Source: Phoronis australis
Lineage: Eukaryota; Animalia; Phoronida
Reading direction: 5' to 3'
Assembly: GCA_002633005.1 (NCBI GenBank)
Contig: NMRA01000672.1
Span: 47,119 to 111,118 of the forward strand
DNA length: 64,000 nucleotides
The notes under the pieces were generated by a model. It made no database searches, was not told where the DNA came from, and was given only the letters and a program-made list of their open reading frames with translations. The translations under genes and the position numbers were made by a program. Position 1 is the first letter of the stretch. Each line of letters opens with the position of its first letter. Of the stretch, positions 11,955 to 23,231 are shown in pieces.

Positions 11955-12523
11955 CTGGAAAAAGAAGGCAGAAGATTAAGCTAAATGTATACAGACTGAT
12001 GGGCGAACAAGAATTCACAAAAAAGAGGTGGCAATTCGTGTGAAAAGATCATTTTTTAACATTTTTAAAGAAAAGGGGCGAGTCTATGTGTGCATGAAGA
12101 GAATTCATGAAAAAAGGGCATTCACTTCAGAGGATTTTTCATAGAATGGTAGTCAAATCAGAAACTTAAAGAATTTCTAACCCTTAGTTAACACATTGAT
12201 TTATTGTGACAATCACTAGTACAATACTGTATTCAAACATAAATAACTTCAAGTGATCCGCGAGGTCAATCATTCTTTTGCTAGGTATCGTCACCCACTG
12301 CAAGTGAAACACCGGAACACACTATAACCTTCACTTAGAAAGGTTTTATATTGCACAACAAGCCTCAGATTTGTCCCAACAGATATCACTATCTCTGCCA
12401 AGAATTTTTTATGTTTTTGAATCTCTTAAGAATCAGCAAAGAAGTCGAACAGTCAACAAGCTACACGGATGTATTTTGACAAAAACGTCTAGATTGAAAA
12501 CATTTGCACACAACTCCACTCAC

Positions 12524-12668
12524 TTCCAACTTCCAGGACTCTGGTTCCAGAGACGGTACCAGCTACATTGCTGATCTCACACTTGTAGTTGCCCGCGTCC
12601 AGGTTGGTGATAGTACTGATGATCAGGCGGCCATCTTCAGACACTTGCATGTACGGAAAGTTCTGGAT
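12524..12668 (-). CDS. HMCN1: Hemicentin exon 13 (Ig4 second half)
   Basis: Hand translation IQNFPYMQVSEDGRLIISTITNLDAGNYKCEISNVAG...LEVG; phase 0-1. Confidence 0.92.
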
Positions 12669-12860
12669 CTGTAACAGATGAGTTTCGACAATAACAACGT
12701 TTGCATAATTGTAACTAAAATAGGCTATCGGCCTTGGACTAATTAAGCTGTTATGATTTGTATTAGTAATCAGTATGATCTATGATTTGTGAAATATTTA
12801 CTTTTTTGTTGATTATTGAAGGAGCTATTTTTTGCGTCTCAGTATACTCCTGGGGTCTGG

Positions 12861-13116
12861 TTCATGAAAAGTGACCCAAGACTTAAGACAGAAATTTGGT
12901 ATTATATTCCCACTCCACAATCGTCTAATAAATGTTTAGTCATGTAGTTACGAGCACATCCCTGACTGAAAGTAAGTTGCATAAACTTTCTTAGTAAGTA
13001 ACAGTTACGGGCTTATCCTTGGATACTTCATTCTTTTCTAAAGTGAATTTCAATTATATTTAGAAATAGATATGAGGAGCGCAAGACAAAATTAAGTCTT
13101 ATGTCACTTTAATGAA
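12861..13116. mobile_element. MITE-like element with ~25 bp TIRs
   Basis: ttcatgaaaagtgacccaagacttaa ... ttaagtcttatgtcactttaatgaa; related copy at ~39222-39470. Confidence 0.65.
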
Positions 13117-13428
13117 ACAATTACATTTATTGATAAGTTGTGGTTAATTTATAACCACAGCTGTGTTCAGTATACACAATATAGTGTGACCATGTCGTTT
13201 GCTTCTAATGCATGGCAACATCTTGTGAAGACTTGTGTGATCTTGCGTTTTCGCGACACTCATGTCTACGAAATGCAGCGCAAAACACAAATGCCCAGTT
13301 GGCACAGCCAGCCCTTGGAGAAGACAGATGAATAGGTGGCCATAGGTCTACCTCCAAGCTACTCACAGCTAAGTGCACACCTAAGAAGGACAGCTAAGGT
13401 TCTGTCATAACTACACAGTGGGATTTAC

Positions 13429-13553
13429 CATCAGCTCTCCCTTGTACCATGTGACATTTGGCGCTGGCTTGCCATCTGCTCGACAGGACAGCGTCGCTGT
13501 CTTACCCTTCTCCACCAAGTACGTTTTGGTTGCGTCATAAATCCTTGGTGGTT
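13429..13553 (-). CDS. HMCN1: Hemicentin exon 12 (Ig4 first half)
   Basis: EPPRIYDA...LSCRADGKPAPNVTWYKGELM; phase 1-0. Confidence 0.92.
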
Positions 13554-13689
13554 CTGTAACAAAGAAACGTTCCTCCGTTGAATGACATCCGGCAGACAGC
13601 ATTAGTTTAGCCACATTTTATAATTATAACCGACATCACTTTATTACAACAGAGTGCCCACAAAGAAGGTAATAGTCACTCTCAGGGGT

Positions 13690-13755
13690 TCCCCGTTTTG
13701 AGAACCAGTATTCTCCATTGAAAAACAGACATCAAACTGGTTCTTAAAATCTGGT
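13690..13755. repeat. Small hairpin repeat family (also ~5563-5613, ~34864-34927; halves at ~33456-33491 and ~34272-34328)
   Basis: ttttgagaaccagt ... catcaaactggttct(c/t)aaaa inverted arms. Confidence 0.65.
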
Positions 13756-14414
13756 ATGACTGTAGTTGACTCTTGCGAGAAAAACAGCTCACCCACTTGT
13801 TCACTGAAGCCGACACCACACACTGCATTTGTAAAAACCCTCACAAAGACAAAGTAACACCTCAGCTACACTTGACTGCATTAGATGCCACACTAATAGT
13901 TTCCAAAAACAATTGTGAGCTTGTGTGGCACACAAGCACACAATTGCAGACCCAGGGCTTGAAGTGTAATTTGCATTTTTTTCCCAACAGGGACCAATCA
14001 AAACAGAATAGACATTATGACAGGCAGAGCATATTAAATTTTATACGAAAATGGATTGTTTTCATAAAAGTCCACCTCAGTTTCCCCTATAATTTAGATT
14101 CATAACAAGTACACTGGTACAAAACATGAGCCATGACAAATATTTTCCATTTAAGGCACGATACTTCCAAAAGTACTCAAACATTTTTAAGTTTTTTATC
14201 ATTTATCTCAAGAGATAATAAACAATAGCAAAATACAACACATCACGAAAAGAGAAACACCACACACACACACACGCACATATAAACCAAAAAAGAAAAT
14301 GGACCCAATTTACTCTAGTTACACAAAAAATCCAGGTTCACCAAAAAAGTCACAGCCTAATTATATTGCAGTTTTTGCCAACAAAAGTATGACGTCGACA
14401 AATCTATGGCATAC

Positions 14415-14663
14415 CAGTGTAAATCAACCTCAGCGACTTGGTGTCACTACCGGCTCCATTGCGGCCATGACACTTGTATTCTCCTTTGTTCTGGCGCACA
14501 AGTCTACGCAGTATCAAGACACCATCTTTGGTAGTGATGCGATGGCCGCCACGTGTCCACACGAAGCGTGCTGGGGGGAAGGCATCCGCCGTACACCTGA
14601 CTGTGACCGTTTGACCAGTGACAAAGTGGACAATATTGGGAGTGATGGTAACAACGGGCTTCT
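14415..14663 (-). CDS. HMCN1: Hemicentin exon 11 (Ig3); frame absent from the ORF track
   Basis: Hand translation KKPVVTITP...VTVRCTADAFPPARFVW...NKGEYKCHGRNGAG...LIYT; cag / GTATG; phase 1-1. Confidence 0.9.
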
Positions 14664-15159
14664 CTGGAAAGGTGAAAAAACAGCATATAGTTCAGACATA
14701 GAGTTGGACCTACAAAAAATTGTTTTTGGTACCAATAATGAGAGAAGTACAGTGCCAAGTCATGGAACAACCGAATAAATGACATACGAGAAATAGAATC
14801 TCCCTTAAACTTCAACAACAAATATGGGCAATTCTTATTTTATAAATCTGCAAACATGATATTGTAGTCCAAACCTGCATGTGTCCCTCATCTCATTTTG
14901 CTTCAAATTCCACAAACGGTGTCTCGGATACGGGGTCCGTGTTCAATTTAAATTGCGACGCTATTTTCGAGTTGCGCGAAAAAGGTTTTAAAAATATAGA
15001 CACGCAATTGCCTTGCTTTTATGTTGTGTTAATTCGCAACAAATGGATTGATTTCAGTTTCTTTGAAAAGTATAACTGCCCTTTAATTCAGATATGAATT
15101 CCTGCAGCTGAATAACTAACAAGCTCCTAAAAATAGCAATTATCTCCCCTTGTACTTAC

Positions 15160-15251
15160 TGCCCACACGAAGGAACACTTCTTCTTCGGATGAACCGCCC
15201 ACGTTACTGGCACGGCAGACGTAATGACCCTCATCTGAACTCTGAGCATTT
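15160..15251 (-). CDS. HMCN1: Hemicentin exon 10 (Ig2 second half)
   Basis: NAQSSDEGHYVCRASNVGGSSEEEVFLRVG; phase 2-1. Confidence 0.92.
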
Positions 15252-15656
15252 CTGAAATCGAATTGACAGTTTTGCAATATGTAATAAACTTTAACGATCA
15301 TTCTTTCAAAAGAAAGTGTTGCACTAATTTTTACATTTCCGTTTTTCTTGTCCACGACTTTTTTCATATCATGTCGTGTAAGATATAGATTCCAAACGAC
15401 AAGAAAACTGAAAAAGAAACTTTCGCTTCCGTTACATGACAGAATAATTTGAATTCGTTTTGGGGACATGTTTAACAAGATTCATGTTCGTAACATTCAT
15501 AAGGACTAAACTGTCGTAACCCCAATAAATGCCAGTCATATTTATAACTCTAGATACCCTCAATCAATATGTCAATAAAGCATAAAATGGCGCCGTGTGT
15601 TAACTGCGATGGGCCCACCTGAGCGGCCTACGCATGTTTGATACAACTTTTGTTAC

Positions 15657-15840
15657 CTGATCAAAATGGAGCCATTGCCAAACAGGAAGATCTTGTCACT
15701 GTTGAAGAGTTGTTCGCCCGTGTCCTTGCGGTACCATGTCATGTTGTACGCCACATTACTCCGCGCCACACACGACAAGACGGCGTCACGACCTGGGAGT
15801 GTTGACGTGTTGTCCGGCTTATTGATTGACGGCGGTGGGT
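15657..15840 (-). CDS. HMCN1: Hemicentin exon 9 (Ig2 first half)
   Basis: DPPPSINKP...AVLSCVARSNVAYNMTWYR...GSILIR; phase 1-2. Confidence 0.92.
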
Positions 15841-16119
15841 CTGAAAGTTGACGCAAACGTGGTATCAAACCAAATATGATAGCGTAGGCAATATATTTAG
15901 GCTAATGAGAGATTTTGAGTTCATTTAAGCTTAACTTATTGTGAGATAGCTTGATCAATGGTGGTAGACCTGAAATCAATATTGAAGCAATGTAAGCCTA
16001 CACAATTTGTGATACAGGTAACTTCGCACACAGTTAGTACAAGAGAATGTATAGTTAGATGGTGGCGGAACTTAAACAAAGCAAAAGTTTTAACAAACGA
16101 TCACTAATTGAAGACCTAC

Positions 16120-16241
16120 CAGTGACGTCCAGGAATGTGGCCTTGGTGTGCCAGCCTGCCTTGCTGGACGCATTACACTTGTACATGCCTTCATCGTTTA
16201 ACCCCGTCTTCTCGATACTGTACGTGGCAACATCGTCCTCA
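16120..16241 (-). CDS. HMCN1: Hemicentin exon 8 (Ig1 second half)
   Basis: EDDVATYSIEKTGLNDEGMYKCNASSKAG...FLDVT; phase 2-1. Confidence 0.9.
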
Positions 16242-17445
16242 CTGAAGTACAACATACATCCATGATCCACTTTCAGCAGATACTTAGTTAAGAAATGTCA
16301 AAGACATAGATACCAACTGTCTACAACACTAGGGTAATTTGCATTTATCAAGCATACAATATTGGCAACAAGCGCAATTTTATTAAATTTGTTAAATTTC
16401 TCCACAAAAGTGAAGATTAAGAACGTTTTAGTCTATTACACGGTCACATGGATTGTAGTGTGTAGATGTCACAAAGTAGCATTACTCAGAAATTATCGAG
16501 CATTCAAAAACGATTATGGGAGGACTATTAGCATGCATTGGAATCAACGACATTTTTAGTTAAATAGATCTACAGCTTCACATCTCTGTATTCAGACCCA
16601 TGTAGATCTTTGATATTCTGCTTACTTCTTTCCTAAATCTGCGCTAACTTTTTTGTAATAAGCAATAAAAAATCTGATTCAACATAGGTGAGAACTAATT
16701 TTGATGGCGTTAGACACAAGAGTCATTTCAACACTGCAAGACAGCAATTCAGTAAGTTAAATTAGTCGTCAAAATTGATAAAATTGGTCTCAACTTGTTC
16801 CTTACTCTGGTGAGAAGTGATTTTGTTTTTCCTCAAGACAGTGCGTGGTGAATAAAATGACACATCGCGACAAAACAACTAGTAGAGCCTGGTGCCAAGC
16901 AATGGTGGACTGTCAGTTTATTTCAAAATCAGAAACCACACTATTTTGACAAAGTAAAAATTCTAAATCAGAATTGGTGACGGAAGGTGAGTTCACAGCT
17001 GCTTTAAATTTACAACACCGAAATTCAAGCTGAACGTGAATTTTCCCGATTCTGAAATTTTGAGGCATGGTAGATTCTTGCCTTCGTCACATTTCTCATT
17101 TTCCAGACACTACGTTTTGCATAACAGGTTCTGAGACACAGAGATGGGCATTCATAAAGGGTGCAAAATTTCGAACATAGGAAAATTTGCAGTCTTTCCC
17201 GTGGTTCTTATAAACCTGGGACGGGCAATGTTGGAATTTCTAAAGTTTGGAGCAAGCTCCACAAAATCAAATAAAGCAAAATAACTAGGCATGAATTTTT
17301 ACCATAGTGCTACTGGTAAAGTATGCTGCCACAAGTTAGGATCTAGATATACATATACATGTACATATATATATACATATCAACCAACCATAATAAGAGT
17401 GTGTAGCTGCCCATCTGTTTATCTACAGTCCACAATGTCACTCAC

Positions 17446-17663
17446 TTGTAAAACAGCACATTTCCAATAGGCGTGTTCTCTCTGTACCACTGGACTTGGT
17501 AGGGGATCAGACTCTCCACACGACACTCTAACACGGACGTCAGACCATAGTGACCAACAGTCACCTCGGGCATGAACACTTCGGGTCTGAATGGTACGAT
17601 GGCACTGATAGCTGTTGGTGTCGTCCTTTGGAACGGGTAGCCCTTGTTGTCCATTCCGTTCAC
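17446..17663 (-). CDS. HMCN1: Hemicentin exon 7 (end of hemicentin motif, start of Ig1)
   Basis: VNGMDNKGYPFQR...LECRVESLIPYQVQWYREN; phase 0-2. Confidence 0.92.
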
Positions 17664-17705
17664 CTGAGACGATTCAATATCTTGTATATTTTTGTTCTCT
17701 GGTCA

Positions 17706-17968
17706 CATCTTGGGCTTGGAGGAGGTAAATAGTCCATACAGTGGCTTAGAATTGTAAATTACAGGTGTCGTTCACACAAAATAAGCTTTTGAAATTGACA
17801 TACAAGGTCAGTGAAAGTAGTTGTGTGTAAACCCTGTTCTTAGTCATACAATTGTCCCAGTTGGACTGTGTAACTAAACACAGCTTAACAAAAGGTTTAT
17901 GGTCCTGGCTGAGAAGTTAAGTGTCTTGTTACCCCCTATGGATCAGTGAATAGCCCAGCCCAAAATGG
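17706..17968 (+). repeat. Dispersed ~260 bp repeat (also ~29651-29895 on +, ~5022-5270 on -)
   Basis: Shared gaaattgaca..caa.gtcagtgaaagtagtt, taactaaacacag.ttaacaaaaggtttat and tgaatagcc. Confidence 0.75.
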
Positions 17969-18234
17969 TGTACTCCATTCATCTAAGGTGAGATACAATA
18001 CATCTTGTAAAATTTTTATCGTACTTTAGTAGTGATTTAATAAATTTTATCCATTCTGCTCACGCGAGGCAAAATACGATAAATTTTGATTTTAATTGAT
18101 GCTCACGCCATGAACTGCTTCAATGAAACAGGAACTCTATTTAACGGCACATCACTATTGCTGGGAAGTACAGGCCTCCAGAACTTGACTGGTCAAAAAC
18201 TTTGCCCAAGAACAATGACTGGTTTCGACCTTAC

Positions 18235-18419
18235 CTTGAGATAAAAGAATTCCTTTGGCGGCAGAAAAGCTGTTGCATTGTACAAATAGCGCTTGATGTC
18301 TGACTGCGCCAGGGGAACTTGAAGGAGTTCGTTGCCATAGAGATCAAGTAAGGTCAACTGTGACATAGATCCACGTGACCCCAAACCAGTAACATTGAGC
18401 AGTGTGTATGTGGGAATGT
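18235..18419 (-). CDS. HMCN1: Hemicentin exon 6
   Basis: DIPTYTLLNVTG...FLPPKEFFYLK; phase 1-0. Confidence 0.92.
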
Positions 18420-20447
18420 CTGCAAGTGAATAAATATTAAAAATATAATAATTAAACGGTCAAATGGGAAAAACAACAAAAATTACAACACAAGGACACT
18501 TGATATGCATAATATCAAAATTGCATTTTACATTCACATCTTAAGGACGGCAAGTACATAGTGATTAAGTATGATTCAAACAGTTAACTGCCATCAGCCA
18601 CACAGAAAGTGTTTTAACTGAAAAACACCATCAAAGAAAATTGTTGAAGAGATAATCAATAAGTCATGACACACAATACATTTGAAACCAAAAGTATTTA
18701 GTAAAATGGCAACAGGGTCTGGATAAAATTAACAATGAAACCGTGTGAAATCATTTCGATTCCTCGACACTTTGAAGCGTTTGCAGAAGTGTACTATTTT
18801 GTGCTACAGACAAAACTTCCATTACACATACAGAATTATTATGTCAGAAATACAGGACACTAGAGTACAAGAGTGGCTATGGAGCTCAAGTCAAGAAACT
18901 TCAGATACCATGAAAGTCCATATTTATCACATTTACAAAAATGTTAATAGATCAAACATCGGAACAATGTTAACAAGATGAAGCTGAAATTACGACAGGA
19001 AATAGAAAAGAAACACGAATACAGCAGCAGGAGGCCTGTTTTAACAAAGGTCATAGGTCACAAGTCGCAGGCTGTAGTCCGACATGATCATATCTTACCT
19101 TTTCGAGTTGATTGAAGTCTGTGATTTTATTTATGGAGACGGTTGTCAATTTTAATATTAGCAAGAGTTGAAAGCCCGTTACCAGAAGTAATGCTTCTAT
19201 CTTATAAGATGCATTTTCATTTTCGCATTTATATATTGTGTCTACGATCCGTTTAATAATTTGAAGTCTGGTGTTCAACCTTTGATAAAATGGGCCTCGT
19301 GTACAAAATACAGTTTGAAGAATCAGCTCAGAGTAAAAACACATCACATCACCAGACAAGAAAACGAGTTTTAAGAGACATGGAAAACAAAGGGGGTGTT
19401 TTACCATAATTGACCCAAATTTCATCGATCTTTCCAGAACCTGTAGGGTTTTATAAAAGCGATAAAAACAAACAAACATGGTTATTAAAGATTTTTTAAC
19501 TTTTAGCTTTGATTAAAATGCACTGTGGGCCTTTATATTCCACTAAATTATTACATGAGCCACGCAAAGTGTTGAAATGGAACGCACGGCTGCAACACAA
19601 ACAGTATGCTTCTAGAGATCTTATATTATTAGATTAATTCGGCCAATTTGATATCAGAGCTGAAAATCGGCTGATTATGGCTATATCAGCCATATACTTC
19701 TCCGTCTAGGACCATTATAAAAATTTCCCAAGCCATTTTCACAATAGTAAATGACAACTGAATTCTTGATAAAAACTAAAATGGCAGACACCAAGTGATA
19801 CTTAGTCCAATTTATTTTTTTTAATTCTTTATTGTCAGTTTTCAGAGTAAACATAAAATATTACCCGGTGGCTATTATCACTGACAATTTAAAATAATTG
19901 AACTGAATAATTGGCTGATAATCATCCGAGTTATAAAACCTTGTGTCACATTTCACCAAAATCTGTCTAGCCATTTTGCCAATAACTAATCTAGCAAAAA
20001 ACTAAAATGGCCAAAAGAAAGTACAGCAGTAGTCCAATTCATTCGAAAGTCACCTGGTGCTCAACATCAACAAATGAACAGCTGGTGCTTAGGAGGGCTA
20101 GCTAGTCTTCGGGCTGACTGTTCGTTTTTGTCCCCTCAAGAAGAACCTCACTACAGTAACTCTCCAGTTATTTCGCACACAGACAATGCGAAAATCGTCA
20201 TTTTTCATTTCCAAAGACAGATTAGGTTACTTCAAGTAATGGAAATCTACCAAAAAATTGCTTTATGACATCTGCACATGCACAATACCAACAGAACAAC
20301 TATTATATTTTCTTCAGCTCTGTTTTTATTGGATAAATTTGCCAAAATAGAACTTCAATTGTCGGCCATATTGTGTGGTCAGTGAAGATTCAGTGTACCT
20401 CATTACTCACTGGAACGAAGCATGGTCAGTCTTATTAGTGACCTTAC

Positions 20448-20675
20448 CCCTGATTGGTCGTCTGTAGCCCTGGGAGAAGTCTGTCATAGGCTTCTTGCTG
20501 AACTTGTGAGTAAAGTCCAGCGAGCTGAGACCGGTGATGCGAAGTGTATGCAAACTGCTGCTGGATACGCGGAAACGCCACAGTCCTGGTTTGGGCTTTT
20601 TCACACTCTTGATGAGTACATTCTTCAGTTTGAGTAGGACGCGCAAGCCCTTACGGCGTGATTTCAACTCCCGAT
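20448..20675 (-). CDS. HMCN1: Hemicentin exon 5 (hemicentin motif)
   Basis: ...KKPKPGLWRFRVSSSSLHTLRITGLSSLDF...RRPIR; phase 1-1. Confidence 0.92.
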
Positions 20676-21806
20676 CTGAAAATGAAATGGAAAAATATTC
20701 ATAAGTTATCTCTCACGGCACATACTGCATGAAAAATGGTAGAATTTGCAGACTAGAAAACATTGAATAAGAACTGAGACAATGGCGCTTACAGACTCAG
20801 CCATATGTACAACCTTGTATTATGCCCAGCGACATCTATTGGCATGACATCACACTGATGAAGGCTACAGCCATGATATCTGAGAAGCCAAAATTTCTGG
20901 TGTAGTCAATACTGAGATAAGTGCTCCAAACACTGGGATCGAAAATGAGAAACTTGCACGGTACTGAGACAGGATAATCTCTTGAATGTTTGGAATGCGC
21001 AAGGCCTTGCAGTGTGATTTCAAATATTTATTAAAGGAAACAGGAGAAACCACTTGAAGTTCTGCCTCACAGTGTAATCATTCCATGAAAAAAAACAAAA
21101 GAATTTGCAGGCCCGAAAAAAACCGACGACAGTTAACATTGCAATAATTGCTCTCAAGAGTGAGTGAGCTTGAACAAGAGACGATTATCGAGCACTGAGA
21201 CGAGATAATATCTGAGTGACTGCATGAGAACAAATACAAAGCTTGGGCTGAGAGAATATTTTTGGAAACGCTATGTTTACATGTTTCCTGCATTAAATGT
21301 GAGTGTTACACCTGAATTATACAGAGCATGGACCAGCCGGAAGTTTCCTGTTGATCAGTAATCAGACCGTCAATCACTGAACACCGGTCCAAACATTAAT
21401 ACCCAAATACATTCAACACATTATGATGAAGGATACAATCAAAGATCCGCGTGAAGTATGTGACACAAAAATATAAATCAAAGGTTCTGTGAACTGTAAT
21501 TTTCTCCTGAAGTTGCAGAGCTACCTGGCTCCATCTAGTGGTGAATGGAAGAAAATTCCACAGGTCAGATTTTCCAGAACTTTTTCATTTACAATTTCTC
21601 CCACAATTCAGCAGTCTACATCATCTGTCTGGCCACATGAATAATCTCTTTGGCATACCCCATTTATTTCAAAACTATGAGTTTGTGAGTCTCAGGTGTC
21701 AATAAAAACAATGTGCATTCTCCACCAGTTGAATACAAATTTCAGCCATTTTGTTTCGTAAACCAATGGCAGGGTATCCCAAATTAGGATGTCTGGCTAT
21801 ACTCAC

Positions 21807-21978
21807 TCTCGGGGTCATACAGAGTGATGGAGGGGTTGTCTCCACTCAGCGAGACGGTAAATTCTTTCAGCTTGGTGTCTATGGGTATTGTGAACTCTTG
21901 CACATCCCCATCTTCACGGTCCGTCGACAGTAGGTTGACTTTACGAGATTGGACAGCCACACGCACAAAATCGAGAAT
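21807..21978 (-). CDS. HMCN1: Hemicentin exon 4
   Basis: ILDFVRVAVQSRKVNLLSTD...FTVSLSGDNPSITLYDPE; tag acceptor, GTGAGT donor. Confidence 0.92.
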
Positions 21979-22887
21979 CTACCGCAAAACAGAAATCAAG
22001 TGAGGATCAAAACAAGATTAATATATTCAAATCATGAAGTGGCTGACGACATTGAACTGGTCATTAAGAAATGATGCCCATATCGCAGGGCTATCTTATT
22101 TGACCAGTAATATCTTCTGGATTTCAAAAAGATATCAAAAAGCTGCAAATATGGTAAAATCTCACAGCTTTCAAACAATATTGCACCAAAAATTCAAACA
22201 GAATTACCAAAATGGCTCATTTTTCTTTTTTTAAGTGCTTCTCACTATGTTGTGAATGGCCACATTTATTCAAAACATCTGATGAAAAATATGGTTTATG
22301 ACAGGGGGCATAATTTCTTACATGGAAAACTATTAAGAAATCATTTCACCGTAGTCAAAATATGTTGTTTAATGATAAATAATACAAATCATGCTAAAAT
22401 GAAGTGAACACTGACGAATAGTTATTTATCAAAAATTGACAAAACTAAGAGAGAGCTTAAAGAATCCCTGTCATAACCATACCCATAGTTTCTCAATAAC
22501 TGAATTAAACATTTTGCTGATTAGCGGAGAAACATAATGGAAATGTCACAGATTCTGAAGACCATAATGTGAGGCTGTAGTCCACAAATTCTTCTTACCA
22601 GCTGAATGTCACTGAGGGTGTGTTGGGTGGGTTCCACTAACCTGTTTACATTTTCAGGCTTGACTAATTATAGGTAACAATTAATTGAGGTGGGGTCAAC
22701 ATAAGTGGTCCTAATGATTAGCTGCAGAGTGGAGATGTTTACATTTATAAGCTGTAATTATCTTATTACATAATAATTGCACTGGTGGCTGTAATGAGAT
22801 GAAACATAAATGGATGAGTCCAAATTGAAAAGGGGGGTAACTTATGGGGGGAATGAGAGTGAGTTTGCTATTAAGTGTCATAATTCA

Positions 22888-23231
22888 TGTCCACACAACT
22901 GGTCTCCCTAGAGCAACTTGCTTCAGAGCAACTTTCCCCTGCTCAGAGGAGCGCCAACACTTCACACCTTACACCTTGTGGCAAATATGGCGCAAAAATG
23001 ACTTGACACCCCTTGGAGTGTAACTGAGCAAGCTCACAGCTGGTAATTACATCTGAAGGTTGCATCCACCCTAGGACTTGTTATTACCCTACCTCTGTAA
23101 GGTGGGGTAAGGTTTCACGCATGTGTCCATTTGCCCCAGCACAAGTAGCGTTCACACTACCACTAAAACTAGTGACAACTCATTCCAGGATTAACTTGTT
23201 CTGGGGTAACTCGTGGTGTGAACAGCACTAA
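22888..23231. mobile_element. Harbinger-like MITE remnant (second copy ~25108-25448)
   Basis: tgtccacacaac... versus ...gtggtgtgaacagcac followed by TAA; degenerate inverted arms. Confidence 0.4.

Noticed and set aside
57-14778. Plus-strand ORFs such as 57-287, 1354-1719, 6485-6814, 10481-10798 and 14299-14778
   Set aside because: Antisense shadows of the GC-richer hemicentin exons, with no recognisable domains.
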